From: Verrucomicrobiia bacterium
GTDB lineage: Bacteria > Patescibacteriota > Saccharimonadia > Saccharimonadales > JAGQNK01
Direction: 5' to 3'
DNA: 64,000 nucleotides
Assembly: GCA_035489575.1 (NCBI GenBank)
Contig: DATHJY010000011.1
Span: forward strand, 84,514 to 148,513
Shown: positions 40,200-49,631 of the stretch, piece after piece
How the letters are laid out: every line of letters starts with the position of its first letter
Position numbering within the stretch: position 1 is the stretch's first letter
Made by a program: the position numbers and the translations under genes
Notes under the pieces: generated by a model
What the model saw: only the letters and a program-made list of their open reading frames with translations
What the model was told of the DNA's origin: nothing
Databases searched by the model: none

Positions 40200-41053
40200 T
40201 GGCCATTAAAGCATACAAGCCTACCACTCCTGGTCAGCGCGGTATGACCACTCAGGACATGAGTGCTATTACCACCAAGAAGCCACTGAAGTCCTTGACA
40301 GTCATCAAGAAAAAGCATTCTGGCCGTAATAACCAGGGCCGTATTACTACTCGCCACCGCGGTGGTGGTGTCCGTAAGTTCTATCGCCTGATTAACTTCA
40401 ACCTGCCCGCAGGTACTACGGCAACTATCGAACATATCGAATACGACCCTAACCGCAGCGCTCGTATTGCGCGCGTCAAAGACCAAGACAACGTGTACCA
40501 CTATGTATTGGCTGCCAAGGATATGAAAGTTGGTCAAACCATTGCCAGTGGCGAAGAAATTGCCATCGAAAACGGCAACCGCCTACCGCTCAAAAACATT
40601 CCAGTTGGTAGCGTTATCCACGCCATCGAACTGCAACCTGGTCGTGGTGCCCAATTAGCCCGCAGCGCTGGCAACAGTGCCCAGCTGATGGCCAAAGAAG
40701 GAACTTACGCCCAGGTCAAATTGCCCTCTGGTGAAGTCCGTCTGGTCAACATTAACTGCACCGCCAGTTTAGGTGTTATTGGCAACGAACAACATCAGAA
40801 CATCAAGATTGGTAAAGCAGGACGCAATCGCCACAAGGGCAAGCGCCCAGGTGTGCGTGGTGTTGTTATGAACGCGGCCGATCACCCTCATGGTGGTGGT
40901 GATGGTGGCCGTCACGGCGTCGGTGGTGGTAAGAACCACGGTACAGCTCCCAAGACCCCTTGGGGCCAAAAGACCCTGGGCTTCAAGACCCGCCGCCGCA
41001 AGAGCACAACCAAGTTTATCTTAAAGAGCCGTCACGCGGCGAAGAGGAAATAA
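40199..41053 (+). CDS. rplB: 50S ribosomal protein uL2
   Basis: 284 aa; ADHPHGGGDGG. Confidence 0.96.
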   Translation: MAIKAYKPTTPGQRGMTTQDMSAITTKKPLKSLTVIKKKHSGRNNQGRITTRHRGGGVRKFYRLINFNLPAGTTATIEHIEYDPNRSARIARVKDQDNVYHYVLAAKDMKVGQTIASGEEIAIENGNRLPLKNIPVGSVIHAIELQPGRGAQLARSAGNSAQLMAKEGTYAQVKLPSGEVRLVNINCTASLGVIGNEQHQNIKIGKAGRNRHKGKRPGVRGVVMNAADHPHGGGDGGRHGVGGGKNHGTAPKTPWGQKTLGFKTRRRKSTTKFILKSRHAAKRK

Positions 41054-41065
41054 GGGAGTATATAG

Positions 41066-41341
41066 ATGAGTCGTTCACTCAAAAAAGGGCCATTCATAGA
41101 TCCCAAGCTCGCCAAGAAAGTGGCCGCACTGGGTAATGAAGACCGCACCATCATCAAGACATGGGCTCGTTCGAGCACCATCAGCCCAGACTTTGTTGGC
41201 CGTACTATTGCTGTACACAATGGCAAAGTTCATGTACCAGTATTCGTTACCGAAAACATGGTTGGTCACAAACTCGGCGAGTTTAGCCCAACCCGTAAAT
41301 TCCGCAGTCATGGCGGCAAGCTCGCGAAAGGCAAGAAGTAA
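41066..41341 (+). CDS. rpsS: 30S ribosomal protein uS19
   Basis: 91 aa; [10 protein letters not shown]. Confidence 0.95.
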   Translation: MSRSLKKGPFIDPKLAKKVAALGNEDRTIIKTWARSSTISPDFVGRTIAVHNGKVHVPVFVTENMVGHKLGEFSPTRKFRSHGGKLAKGKK

Positions 41342-41721
41342 TGGCAGTTACCGCTATCGCTAAAGGCGTTCGCATGAGCCCACGCAAAGTCGGTGTTGTA
41401 GCCGCTTTGGTTCGTGGCCGCACCGTAGCTGACGCGCTGACAATCCTTCAGCACACCCCTCGTCGCTCGGCATTGCCTGTCAAGAAAGTTATCGAAAGTG
41501 CCCGGGCTAACGCCGACCACAACCACAACTACAAGGCAGACACCTTGCAGATTGTGTCCATCCAGGTCAGCCCTGGCCCTCGTTTTAAACGGTACCGTCC
41601 CGCAGCTCATGGTCGCGCATTGCCATTCCAGCGACGCACCAGCCATATTCATGTAGTCGTCGATGGCGAGCAGCGAGCAGCCAAAAAGTCAGCATCATCT
41701 GCGAAAAAGGAGACAAAATAA
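41341..41721 (+). CDS. rplV: 50S ribosomal protein uL22
   Basis: 126 aa; TAATG-coupled; correct operon position. Confidence 0.92.
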   Translation: MAVTAIAKGVRMSPRKVGVVAALVRGRTVADALTILQHTPRRSALPVKKVIESARANADHNHNYKADTLQIVSIQVSPGPRFKRYRPAAHGRALPFQRRTSHIHVVVDGEQRAAKKSASSAKKETK

Positions 41722-42353
41722 TGGGACAGAAGGTAAATCCAATTAGCATGCGTCTTCAGGTCAATAAAGACTGGCGCAGCAAGTGGTTCGCTTCCAAGCG
41801 CGACTATGCAAAGTTCTTGGGCCAAGACCTCAAGATCCGCAAACTAATCCAAGACAAGGTCGGTTCACGTGGTGCTATCAACAAGGTAGACATCGAACGT
41901 TCGCCTAACCTGGTATCAGTCACTATCACCACCGCCAAGGCCGGTGTAGTTATCGGTCGCGGTGGCGCAGGCGCCCAGGAGCTCAAGGCAGCTATAGAGA
42001 AAATCTATGGTTTCCCGGCTCGTGTAAATATTGAAGAAATCAAAAAGCCAGAACTGTACGCCAAGCTCGTTGCCGAGAACATCGCCCACCAGTTGGAGCG
42101 CCGTATTGCTTTCCGGCGAGCCATGAAACAGTCCGCAGGCGCAACCATGCGCGCTGGTGCCAAAGGCATCCGTATTGAAATAGCCGGACGCCTCGGCGGT
42201 GCCGAAATGTCTCGCCGCGAGAAAACAGTCGAAGGCTCAGTGCCACTGCACACCCTTCGTGCTGATGTCGACTACCACGCAGCCCGTGCCAAGTATCCAG
42301 GTGCCGGTATTATCGGTATCAAGGTCTGGATCTACAAAGGGGAGGTTAATTAA
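41721..42353 (+). CDS. rpsC: 30S ribosomal protein uS3
   Basis: 210 aa; MGQKVNP..., KH domain, GRLGGAEMSR. Confidence 0.95.
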   Translation: MGQKVNPISMRLQVNKDWRSKWFASKRDYAKFLGQDLKIRKLIQDKVGSRGAINKVDIERSPNLVSVTITTAKAGVVIGRGGAGAQELKAAIEKIYGFPARVNIEEIKKPELYAKLVAENIAHQLERRIAFRRAMKQSAGATMRAGAKGIRIEIAGRLGGAEMSRREKTVEGSVPLHTLRADVDYHAARAKYPGAGIIGIKVWIYKGEVN

Positions 42354-42475
42354 TATGATTTCTTCTGTTGTTTTAAGGGAAAAGAGCAGCCAGAACGCGG
42401 ATTCATTCCGCGTCCTGCGCGATGAGAAAAACCGCAAGGTTTGTCTCATGGCTTGCAAAGGGGAGGTAAACTAAT
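42354..42475 (+). repeat. Junction-insertion element copy 2 (core 42376-42449)
   Basis: Core identical to copy 1 apart from the nested insertion. Flanking 23-nt direct repeat CAAAGGGGAGGT(T/A)AA(T/C)TAATATG at 42335-42357 and 42456-42478 (21 of 23). Confidence 0.85.
42355..42474 (+). CDS. Mini-ORF 2 (39 aa: [39 protein letters not shown])
   Basis: ATG 1 nt after the rpsC stop; TAA 1 nt before the rplP ATG. Corresponds to the tail of ORF-track entry 42199..42474. Confidence 0.45.
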   Translation: MISSVVLREKSSQNADSFRVLRDEKNRKVCLMACKGEVN

Positions 42476-42889
42476 ATGCTTATCCCGAACCGAACCAAAC
42501 ACCGTAAGGTGTTCAAGGGCCGCGTTCGCGGACCCGCCACCACTGGCAATCATATTGCCTTTGGTCAGTTTGCCCTGCAAGCCCAAGGTCACGAGCGCAT
42601 CACCAGTCGTCAGATCGAGTCCGCTCGTCAGGCAATGACCCGCTACGTGAAACGTGGTGGTAAAATCTGGATTCGTATCTTCCCACACACACCTGTCAGC
42701 CGCAAGGCGCTCGGTACCAAGATGGGTAGCGGCAAAGGTAACCCAGAATTCTTCGTAGCCAAAGTCCGTCCCGGCACCATTATGTTCGAGATGCAAGGTG
42801 TGCCAGAAGAAACTGCACGCGAGGCAATGCGCCTGGCTGCCCACAAACTCCCTGTCAAGACCAAATTCTTGGTGAAGGAGGATGTTTAA
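42476..42889 (+). CDS. rplP: 50S ribosomal protein uL16
   Basis: 137 aa; [16 protein letters not shown]. Confidence 0.95.
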   Translation: MLIPNRTKHRKVFKGRVRGPATTGNHIAFGQFALQAQGHERITSRQIESARQAMTRYVKRGGKIWIRIFPHTPVSRKALGTKMGSGKGNPEFFVAKVRPGTIMFEMQGVPEETAREAMRLAAHKLPVKTKFLVKEDV

Positions 42890-42890
42890 G

Positions 42891-43094
42891 ATGCAAAAAA
42901 TGACTGAAATTCGTAAATTATCAACCACAGAGCTAGCAAACGGAAGTACTAAGCTCCGTGAAGAAATCGCCGAACTAAAGCGCGGTCTTCACATGGGCGA
43001 AGTCACCAACGTCAAAGTCGTGCGCACAAAGCGCAAAGAACTGGCACGTATGCTGACCGTTCTGAGTGAGCAGCTCGCAAAGGAGACAAAATAA
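42891..43094 (+). CDS. rpmC: 50S ribosomal protein uL29
   Basis: ORF 42882..43094. The ATG at 42891 has better SD spacing (GAAGGAGG), but 42882 or 42900 remain possible. Confidence 0.85.
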   Translation: MQKMTEIRKLSTTELANGSTKLREEIAELKRGLHMGEVTNVKVVRTKRKELARMLTVLSEQLAKETK

Positions 43095-43210
43095 TGAGTT
43101 TTTCCATGGTCCTCAGGGAAAAGAGCAGCCAGAATGCGGATTTATTCCGCATGCTGCGCGATGAGAAAAACCGCAAGGTTTGTCTCATTACCCCGAAGGG
43201 GGCAAAATAA
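43094..43210 (+). CDS. Mini-ORF 3 (38 aa: [38 protein letters not shown])
   Basis: The ATG overlaps the rpmC stop (TAATG). The TAA overlaps the rpsQ ATG (TAATG). Confidence 0.45.
   Translation: MSFSMVLREKSSQNADLFRMLRDEKNRKVCLITPKGAK
43095..43209 (+). repeat. Junction-insertion element copy 3 (core 43115-43188)
   Basis: The core carries a compensatory variant of hairpin A (ATGCGGA tttat TCCGCAT). Flanking repeat at 43078-43096 and 43194-43212 (16 of 19). Confidence 0.85.
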
Positions 43211-43539
43211 TGGCACGTACATTAGTGGGTGTGGTTGCGTCTGACAAAGCCGACAAGACAATTGTTGTCCGGGTTGATACCAGAAAGACCCATCCGGTTT
43301 ATAAGAAGCAGTACACCACCAGCAAGAAGTTTATGGCTCACGACGAGCAAAACGAGGCACACACAGGTGACCGTGTTGAGATTTCCGAAACCCGTCCCCT
43401 GAGTGCTCGCAAACGTCACACGCTCAAGCGAGTGATCGAGCACGCCGCCATTCAGCACGTCGAAACCGTCGACAAAGCAGTAGCAGAAGTGACTGGCACC
43501 AAAGAAAAAGAAGAAACGGAAGCCGAGGAGAAGAAGTAA
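43210..43539 (+). CDS. rpsQ: 30S ribosomal protein uS17 (Glu/Lys-rich C-terminal extension)
   Basis: ORF 43180..43539, trimmed to [20 protein letters not shown]. Confidence 0.92.
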   Translation: MARTLVGVVASDKADKTIVVRVDTRKTHPVYKKQYTTSKKFMAHDEQNEAHTGDRVEISETRPLSARKRHTLKRVIEHAAIQHVETVDKAVAEVTGTKEKEETEAEEKK

Positions 43540-43907
43540 TGATTCAGCAAGAATCTCGCCTCAGTGTCTGTGATAACAGCGGTGCCAAGGAAATCCTATG
43601 CATCCGCGTACTGGGCGGCACCCGTCGGCGCTACGCCCGTGTAGGCGATGTTATTGTGGCTACCGTCAAACAAGCCAGTCCAACTGGTACCGTCAAAAAG
43701 AAGTCAGTTATCCGTGCAGTTGTTGTACGCACCAAGGACACCATTCGTCGCAAGGATGGCTCGACCATTAAGTTTGACGATAATGCAGCTGTTATTATCG
43801 GTGACGATAAAAACCCCAAGGCTACCCGTATCTTTGGCCCAGTCCCACGCGAACTGCGTGACCAAGGCTATGCCAAGATCATCAGCCTAGCACCGGAGGT
43901 CCTATAA
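43539..43907 (+). CDS. rplN: 50S ribosomal protein uL14
   Basis: 122 aa; [18 protein letters not shown]. Confidence 0.96.
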   Translation: MIQQESRLSVCDNSGAKEILCIRVLGGTRRRYARVGDVIVATVKQASPTGTVKKKSVIRAVVVRTKDTIRRKDGSTIKFDDNAAVIIGDDKNPKATRIFGPVPRELRDQGYAKIISLAPEVL

Positions 43908-44233
43908 TGAGTGATCAGATCTATAAAATTCGCCTAAAGAAAGGCGACACTGTCGTCGTTCGTGCAGGCAAATATAAGGGCAAGTCCGGCAAGATTACTG
44001 CCGTACACCCTAGCCTCAACAAAGTGACCGTTGAGGGTATCAATATCGTCAAGAAACACCAGAAGCCAAACCGAGCTCACCCTCAGGGCGGCATCCTGGA
44101 AATCACCAAGCCTATAGATGTCAGCAAGGTTGGCATCAGTGACGGCGGCAAGCCCTCACGTATTGGCTACAAAGTCGACAAAGACGGTAAAAAGACTCGC
44201 ATCGCCAAGAAGTCTGGGAAGGAGATCAAATAA
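43907..44233 (+). CDS. rplX: 50S ribosomal protein uL24
   Basis: 108 aa; [16 protein letters not shown] (KOW motif). Confidence 0.93.
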   Translation: MSDQIYKIRLKKGDTVVVRAGKYKGKSGKITAVHPSLNKVTVEGINIVKKHQKPNRAHPQGGILEITKPIDVSKVGISDGGKPSRIGYKVDKDGKKTRIAKKSGKEIK

Positions 44234-44820
44234 TGGCTGAAGCAAAAACCGCTACAAAAGCGCCAGCAACTGCTGCACGCCTGAAAGCTCTGTACACCAG
44301 CAAGTTCGCCGACGAGCTACAGAAGGAGCTTGAGCTCCCTAACCGCAACCAGGTTCCAAAATTGGAAAAGATTGTTCTGAACGTTGGACTTGGCAAAGCC
44401 AAGGACGACAAAAAGATCATGGAAGTTGCCGCCAATACACTTCGCAAGATCACCGGCCAGCAACCCATAGAGACTGTTGCCAAGAATTCTATCGCCGGTT
44501 TCAAGCTGCGCGAAGGCAACAAGATCGGCCTAAAAGTTACATTACGCGGTAACTATATGTACGAATTCATGGATCGCCTGATTAACATTGTGCTACCACG
44601 TTTTCGTGACTTCCACGGCGTTAAGACCACTGCCTTTGACAAGTCCGGCAACTTTAGCCTGGGCCTCACCGACCAATCAGTCTTTCCTGAGCTTACCTTT
44701 GAAGAGACAACAACCGTCCATGGCATGCAAGTGGTATTTGTAATCACCTGCCAAGAACCCGCACATGCCCGTGCATTGCTAGAAAAGTTTGGTATGCCCT
44801 TTCAGAAAGGAGCTAAGTAA
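44233..44820 (+). CDS. rplE: 50S ribosomal protein uL5
   Basis: 195 aa; correct operon position and conserved blocks. Confidence 0.94.
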   Translation: MAEAKTATKAPATAARLKALYTSKFADELQKELELPNRNQVPKLEKIVLNVGLGKAKDDKKIMEVAANTLRKITGQQPIETVAKNSIAGFKLREGNKIGLKVTLRGNYMYEFMDRLINIVLPRFRDFHGVKTTAFDKSGNFSLGLTDQSVFPELTFEETTTVHGMQVVFVITCQEPAHARALLEKFGMPFQKGAK

Positions 44821-45089
44821 TGGCTAAGAAATCTATGATTGCCCGCGATTTGAAGCGCCAAAAGATGGCAGATCGCTTTGCAGCCAAGCGAGCCGAATTG
44901 AAAAAGGTTGGCGACCGCGACGGTCTGCATAATCTGCCGCGCAACAGTTCGCCCACACGGCGCAAGAACCGGTGTGTCGAAACCGGCCGGCCGCGTGGCT
45001 TTATGCGCCAATTCGGCCTGAGCCGCATTAGTTTCCGCGAACACGCAAGCAAGGGCGAAATCCCTGGTGTAACAAAATCAAGCTGGTAA
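44820..45089 (+). CDS. rpsN: 30S ribosomal protein uS14 (long, non-zinc type)
   Basis: 89 aa with C-terminal [21 protein letters not shown]. No CxxC pairs. Confidence 0.92.
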   Translation: MAKKSMIARDLKRQKMADRFAAKRAELKKVGDRDGLHNLPRNSSPTRRKNRCVETGRPRGFMRQFGLSRISFREHASKGEIPGVTKSSW

Positions 45090-45106
45090 GAAAGGAGATA
45101 GCTTTC

Positions 45107-45508
45107 GTGAGTACTACATCAACCGACCCAATCGCAGACATGCTGTCTCGCATTCGTAACGCTATTGCTGTTAGCAAGAGCGAGATCAGCATGCCACACA
45201 GCAAAGTTAAAGAATCTGTTGCCAAGCTGCTAAAAGACAATCGCTACGTAGATAGCGTTAACGTCGAAGACGCACGTGTTGGCAAAACACTAAAAATTAC
45301 CATCAACGGCCCGCAAAAGAACTCCCGGATCACCGAGATCAAGCGCATGAGTACCCCTGGCCGTCGTTACTACGCCAGCGCAGACCAGATCCCAACGGTC
45401 AAGCGTGGCCGTGGCGTTGTCATCATTAGCACTTCCAAGGGCATGATGACTGGCGCCGAAGCCAAGAAGCAAGGTGTTGGTGGTGAATTAATTTGTAAGA
45501 TTTACTAA
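45107..45508 (+). CDS. rpsH: 30S ribosomal protein uS8
   Basis: 133 aa with a GTG start after AAGGAG. DPIADMLSRIRNA. Confidence 0.94.
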   Translation: MSTTSTDPIADMLSRIRNAIAVSKSEISMPHSKVKESVAKLLKDNRYVDSVNVEDARVGKTLKITINGPQKNSRITEIKRMSTPGRRYYASADQIPTVKRGRGVVIISTSKGMMTGAEAKKQGVGGELICKIY

Positions 45509-45520
45509 AGGAACAAAGTA

Positions 45521-46060
45521 ATGAGTCGTATAGGAAAACTGCCCATCGATATACCGAGCGGCGTGACAATCACTGTCGACCCTGACTGGATTACTGTAGC
45601 GGGGAGCAAAGGCACCCTCAAGCAGTTCACCATGCCGGGCGTGACAGTTAAACAAGAAGACAATCAAGTTGTCGTCACCCGCATAAATGACGAAGCGCCA
45701 AACCGTGCCAAGCACGGGCTGATGCGCACACTGGTTGCCAACATGATAGAAGGCGTCAGCAAAGGCTTTGAGAAAAAGCTAGAGCTAAACGGCGTCGGCT
45801 TCCGTGTAGCGTTGGCTGGTCCTGGTCTGAAGTTCAATATTGGTTTCTCGCACGAGGTCAATTACGCACTGCCACAGGGCGTATCCGCCAAAGTAGAAAG
45901 TAATATTATTACAGTGTCTGGCATAGACAAACAACAGGTCGGCCAAGTCGCCGCTGAGATTCGTGCCCTCAAGAAGCCAGAACCCTACAAGGGCAAAGGT
46001 ATTAAGTACGTTGGCGAGCGGATTATCCGTAAGTCAGGTAAGTCAGGTAAGGACAAGTAG
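45521..46060 (+). CDS. rplF: 50S ribosomal protein uL6
   Basis: 179 aa; MSRIGKLPI. Confidence 0.94.
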   Translation: MSRIGKLPIDIPSGVTITVDPDWITVAGSKGTLKQFTMPGVTVKQEDNQVVVTRINDEAPNRAKHGLMRTLVANMIEGVSKGFEKKLELNGVGFRVALAGPGLKFNIGFSHEVNYALPQGVSAKVESNIITVSGIDKQQVGQVAAEIRALKKPEPYKGKGIKYVGERIIRKSGKSGKDK

Positions 46061-46061
46061 T

Positions 46062-46418
46062 ATGAACAGAATAACTCATAAGATCCAGAATCTTTCCCGC
46101 CGACGCAATCGTGTTCGTTCAACCGTGTCCGGCACTGCTGAACGTCCTCGCCTGAGCGTGCACGTCAGCAACAAGCACGTGAGTGCACAGATTATTGACG
46201 ATACCGCTCACAAAACCATTGCGCAGATCAGTACGGTTGGCCAAAAGGATGCCCTGGGCACCATGACCGAGCGCGCTACCTGGGTTGGTACCCAAATTGC
46301 AAAAAAGGCTAAGACTGCCAAAGTTCGTCAGGTCGTATTCGACCGCGGTGGCCGTCTGTACCATGGCCGCATAAAGGCCCTGGCTGACGCAGCCCGCGCC
46401 GGAGGATTGGAGTTCTAA
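46062..46418 (+). CDS. rplR: 50S ribosomal protein uL18
   Basis: ORF 45963..46418, trimmed to the ATG 1 nt after the rplF stop (MNRITHKIQNLSRRRNRVRS). Confidence 0.92.
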   Translation: MNRITHKIQNLSRRRNRVRSTVSGTAERPRLSVHVSNKHVSAQIIDDTAHKTIAQISTVGQKDALGTMTERATWVGTQIAKKAKTAKVRQVVFDRGGRLYHGRIKALADAARAGGLEF

Positions 46419-46419
46419 T

Positions 46420-46980
46420 ATGGCAGACCAAAGAGAACAACGAAGAGGCCGGCACGACAACCGACCGCCGCAAGAAGAAAAACAGTTCGACGAGCGCGTT
46501 GTAAACATCGACCGTGTTGCCCGTGTGGTTAAGGGCGGTCGCCGCTTCCGATTCCGCGCGCTGGTTGTCCTTGGCGACCACAAGGGTAGGGTAGGCATTG
46601 GCATCTCAAAGGGTGCTGACGTGACTACAGCCGTTGCCAAGGCCGTAGAAGTAGCCAAGAAGAGTATGGTGACCATCCATATGTACAACGACACTATCCC
46701 GCACGAGGCCGAGACGAAAGTCAGTGGTGCTCGTATCCTCATTAAGCCAGCCGCTCCTGGTACTGGTCTGATTGCAGGCGGTGTTGTTCGTACCGTGCTG
46801 GAAGTAACTGGTATCAAGAATGCATTGTCCAAGTCACTTGGCTCAAGCAACAAAATCAATATTGCCTACGCCACCCTAGCTGCACTGCAAAGTGTTGTGC
46901 CTGCTGACAAGTGGGTGACGAATCAGGGCGAGAAGAAAACCTCCACGAAAAAGTCCGTAGCCAAGGAGAGCGTAAAATGA
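46420..46980 (+). CDS. rpsE: 30S ribosomal protein uS5
   Basis: 186 aa; VVKGGRRFRFRALVVLGD. Confidence 0.95.
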   Translation: MADQREQRRGRHDNRPPQEEKQFDERVVNIDRVARVVKGGRRFRFRALVVLGDHKGRVGIGISKGADVTTAVAKAVEVAKKSMVTIHMYNDTIPHEAETKVSGARILIKPAAPGTGLIAGGVVRTVLEVTGIKNALSKSLGSSNKINIAYATLAALQSVVPADKWVTNQGEKKTSTKKSVAKESVK

Positions 46981-47084
46981 AAGTAAGGGAAAAGAGCAGC
47001 CGGAGCGGGCGAATTTATTTCGCCGCCCCGCGCGATGAGAAAAACCGCAAGGTTTGTCTCATCACAGCTGTGGAGGCCAAATAA
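46977..47084 (+). CDS. Mini-ORF 4 (35 aa: [35 protein letters not shown])
   Basis: The ATG overlaps the rpsE stop (ATGA). TAA at 47082-47084 directly abuts the rplO ATG at 47085. Confidence 0.4.
   Translation: MKVREKSSRSGRIYFAAPRDEKNRKVCLITAVEAK
46981..47084 (+). repeat. Junction-insertion element copy 4 (core 46986-47062; most diverged)
   Basis: Same 5' block (AGGGAAAAGAGCAGCC) and hairpin B. Hairpin A is replaced by a different but still complementary sequence (CGG a GCGGGCGAA tttat TTCGCCGC c CCG). Confidence 0.8.
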
Positions 47085-47558
47085 ATGAAGTACAACGAAT
47101 TAAACCTAACCAAAAAGCGCAGCCCCAAGCGAGTGGGACGCGGCATCGCAGCTGGACAGGGTAAGACTGCCGGTCGGGGAACCAAGGGCCAAGGCGCTCG
47201 CAAGAGCGGTGGTGTTCGCCCCGGATTTGAAGGTGGCCAGACACCCCTTACTAAGCGACTGCCTAAGTTGCCTGGCTTTACGTCTCACCGACCAAAGGTC
47301 GAGAACGTCTATACCGGCCAACTCGAAGCTTTTGCGGGCAAAACCGCTGACAACTTTACGGTCGCAGAAGCTGGCTTAACCACCAGCCCCTACGTCAAAG
47401 TAAAGCTGATAGTCCAGGGCGACATTACCAAGAAAGTTACCGTCAAACTCCAGGGTGCCAGCGAGAGCGCCATTGCAGCCGTCCAAAAAGCCGGTGGTAG
47501 CTTTGACAAAGTGCCGCAAGTAAAACGTCAGCCAAAAGAAAAGCCAGAAACCAAGTAG
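47085..47558 (+). CDS. rplO: 50S ribosomal protein uL15
   Basis: 157 aa; GRGIAAGQGKTAGRGTKGQ. No bL30 gene between rpsE and rplO. Confidence 0.94.
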   Translation: MKYNELNLTKKRSPKRVGRGIAAGQGKTAGRGTKGQGARKSGGVRPGFEGGQTPLTKRLPKLPGFTSHRPKVENVYTGQLEAFAGKTADNFTVAEAGLTTSPYVKVKLIVQGDITKKVTVKLQGASESAIAAVQKAGGSFDKVPQVKRQPKEKPETK

Positions 47559-47581
47559 CCCACCGTGGGCTGCTAGAGAGA

Positions 47582-47609
47582 AAAAGTCACTCGTTCACGG
47601 GTGACTTTT
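47582..47609 (+). terminator. Intrinsic-terminator-like hairpin after rplO
   Basis: aaaagtcac tcgttcacgg gtgactttt. Confidence 0.55.
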
Positions 47610-47625
47610 GTTATAGTAGGGGCGA

Positions 47626-49461
47626 ATGAGCAATAAGACCCAAAAAAAGCGCGACAAACATATTACGCGCGAGATACATCGTTTGTTCTGGAGGCACACC
47701 CTCAACAACCCGCTTCGGCTTGTTCTGGGTATGTCCGGACGATTCCCGGCTTTTATGACAACACACCTCTTGATGCCGCTGGTTGTTGCCAACGCCCTGC
47801 AGGCCATCATCGAGAGGCAATTTGACAGTATTACTGGCTATGCGTACCAGCTGCTTCTACTGGCAGCCATCTTCTCGGTCCTGTGGGCCATCAGTAACTA
47901 CCTGGTTATTGGAACAGTTGCCAGGGCTGGCAGGAACATACAAAGAGAAGTATTTGCCAACTTCCTACACAAAGATTATGACTTTTATGCCAATACCTAT
48001 TTTGGCGCATTGGGCGATCAAGCCTCGCGTCTGCGCGAAGCATTTATCGGTGACTACTGCGGCGTTTTCCTTTTGGCCGTTCCTAAGCAACTGGTAGTCA
48101 TAGTCGGAGGGATTGTGGTGATTGCAACCAAATCACCACTTCTAGCGCTCGTAACGCTGGGAGCTATGGCGTCAGTATTAGGATTTACCATGCTTACCAG
48201 CAGTATGCGTATAAAGTGGCGCCGAAAGGTCAGCGAAGAAAGTAGCGCTATCGCTGCCAAACTTGGTGATGCGCTAACACAAGCGCCGGCCGTAAAAAGC
48301 TTTGCCTCAGAAGATTACGAAAGTAAAAGGCTTGATCACAACCTTAACCTCTGGGAACGTGCTCAGTTTACTGCATGGATGTCCTCTGTACCCGCAGATG
48401 CCGGACGTTATTTCTTGGTTGCTCTTGCCACAGCCATTCTGCTGGTTATGACCGGTCGTATGTACCGGGATGGTGCTATATCGATTGCCATCGTCGCTCT
48501 TGTGCAACTATACGTCGTAAAAATGGTTGCAGCCACGATTGATATCAATGACATTATCAAATCTTATGAATCTGCTGTAGGTGGTGCATACCAGCCTATA
48601 AAAACCATGCTGATACAGCCTACCATCGTAGACAGCGCAAAGCCGGATAAGTTACCAAGACGAGCCAAATACCCCGTTACCCTTCAGTCCGTGTCATATA
48701 AATATGACAATACAGCCAAAGACGCAGTAGCGGTGCGTGATTTTACATTAGACATTGCCCCTGGCGAGAAAGTAGGGCTGGTTGGCTTTTCTGGCAGCGG
48801 CAAAACAACACTGACCAAACTGCTACTTCGATTCATGGACATCACGAGCGGCAGCATTGCCATAGCCGGCAAAGACATTCGGTCTATCGCCCAAAAAGAC
48901 CTACGTCGCCATATATCATACGTACCACAGGAACCGTTACTGTTCCACCGAAGCATTGCCGAAAACATTGCCTACAGCAAACCTACTGCTAGCAATAAAG
49001 AGCTAAAACACGCCGCTAAAATGGCCTACGTCACGGAGTTCATAGAAGAGCTGCCCGAGCGGTACAACACCTTAGTTGGCGAGCGGGGAGTCAAATTGTC
49101 TGGTGGCCAACGCCAGCGCGTGGCCATAGCCCGTGCCATTCTAAAAGACGCCCCCATCCTGGTCCTGGACGAAGCCACCAGTGCTCTAGACAGTCGCAGT
49201 GAACAACTCATTCAAAAAGCTCTATGGAGTCTTATGGAAGACCGGACCGCCTTAGTGATCGCTCACCGGCTCAGCACCATTCAGCGCATGGACCGCATTG
49301 TGGTTATGGATAAGGGCAAGGTGGTCCAAGTTGGTACGCACAGGGAACTCCTAAGAGACAAGAAGGGCATATATGCCGAATTGTGGGCACACCAAAGCGG
49401 TGGCTACATTGGGGTACCGGCTGAACCAGAGGATGATGTAGGTGCCATATCTGTTGCATAG
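47626..49461 (+). CDS. ABC transporter, fused permease/ATPase (MsbA-like exporter)
   Basis: 611 aa. Six-helix TMD, Walker A GFSGSGKTT, signature LSGGQRQR, Walker B ILVLDEATS. Confidence 0.88.
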   Translation: MSNKTQKKRDKHITREIHRLFWRHTLNNPLRLVLGMSGRFPAFMTTHLLMPLVVANALQAIIERQFDSITGYAYQLLLLAAIFSVLWAISNYLVIGTVARAGRNIQREVFANFLHKDYDFYANTYFGALGDQASRLREAFIGDYCGVFLLAVPKQLVVIVGGIVVIATKSPLLALVTLGAMASVLGFTMLTSSMRIKWRRKVSEESSAIAAKLGDALTQAPAVKSFASEDYESKRLDHNLNLWERAQFTAWMSSVPADAGRYFLVALATAILLVMTGRMYRDGAISIAIVALVQLYVVKMVAATIDINDIIKSYESAVGGAYQPIKTMLIQPTIVDSAKPDKLPRRAKYPVTLQSVSYKYDNTAKDAVAVRDFTLDIAPGEKVGLVGFSGSGKTTLTKLLLRFMDITSGSIAIAGKDIRSIAQKDLRRHISYVPQEPLLFHRSIAENIAYSKPTASNKELKHAAKMAYVTEFIEELPERYNTLVGERGVKLSGGQRQRVAIARAILKDAPILVLDEATSALDSRSEQLIQKALWSLMEDRTALVIAHRLSTIQRMDRIVVMDKGKVVQVGTHRELLRDKKGIYAELWAHQSGGYIGVPAEPEDDVGAISVA

Positions 49462-49565
49462 AGCCCACCTCATGGTAATTTTTGAGACTGAAAGCTGATG
49501 ATTTTTAAGCGAAACCAGCAAAAAATGGCAGTTTTCTGGCCAAAATATTGCCTTGGGGTGGGCTC
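49461..49565. repeat. Long-range inverted repeat between the ABC transporter gene and secY
   Basis: gagcccacctcatgg (49461-49475) pairs with ccttggggtgggctc (49551-49565) over 15 positions (1 mismatch, 1 G-U), enclosing about 75 nt of AT-rich sequence. Confidence 0.45.
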
Positions 49566-49631
49566 CGAATAACACGTCATGTATACTGGAGTGAGTTTAC
49601 ACAAAACAACCGGAGAATCTTTGGGAAACAC

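Noticed and set aside
42418-42449. Hammerhead-like GATGAG ... stem ... in the junction element
   Set aside because: The CUGANGA core is incomplete (GCGAUGAG), and no GAAA/cleavage-site arrangement could be built. The twister and HDV consensus sequences were not recognisable either.
42199-42474. 91-aa plus-strand ORF overlapping rpsC
   Set aside because: Its first ~52 codons lie out of frame inside rpsC. Only the last 39 codons, from the ATG at 42355, are considered, as mini-ORF 2.
46119-46859. 246-aa minus-strand ORF
   Set aside because: It is entirely antisense to rplR and rpsE. Similar antisense ORFs within recG, rpoB, rpoC, fusA, hisS and other genes were also ignored.
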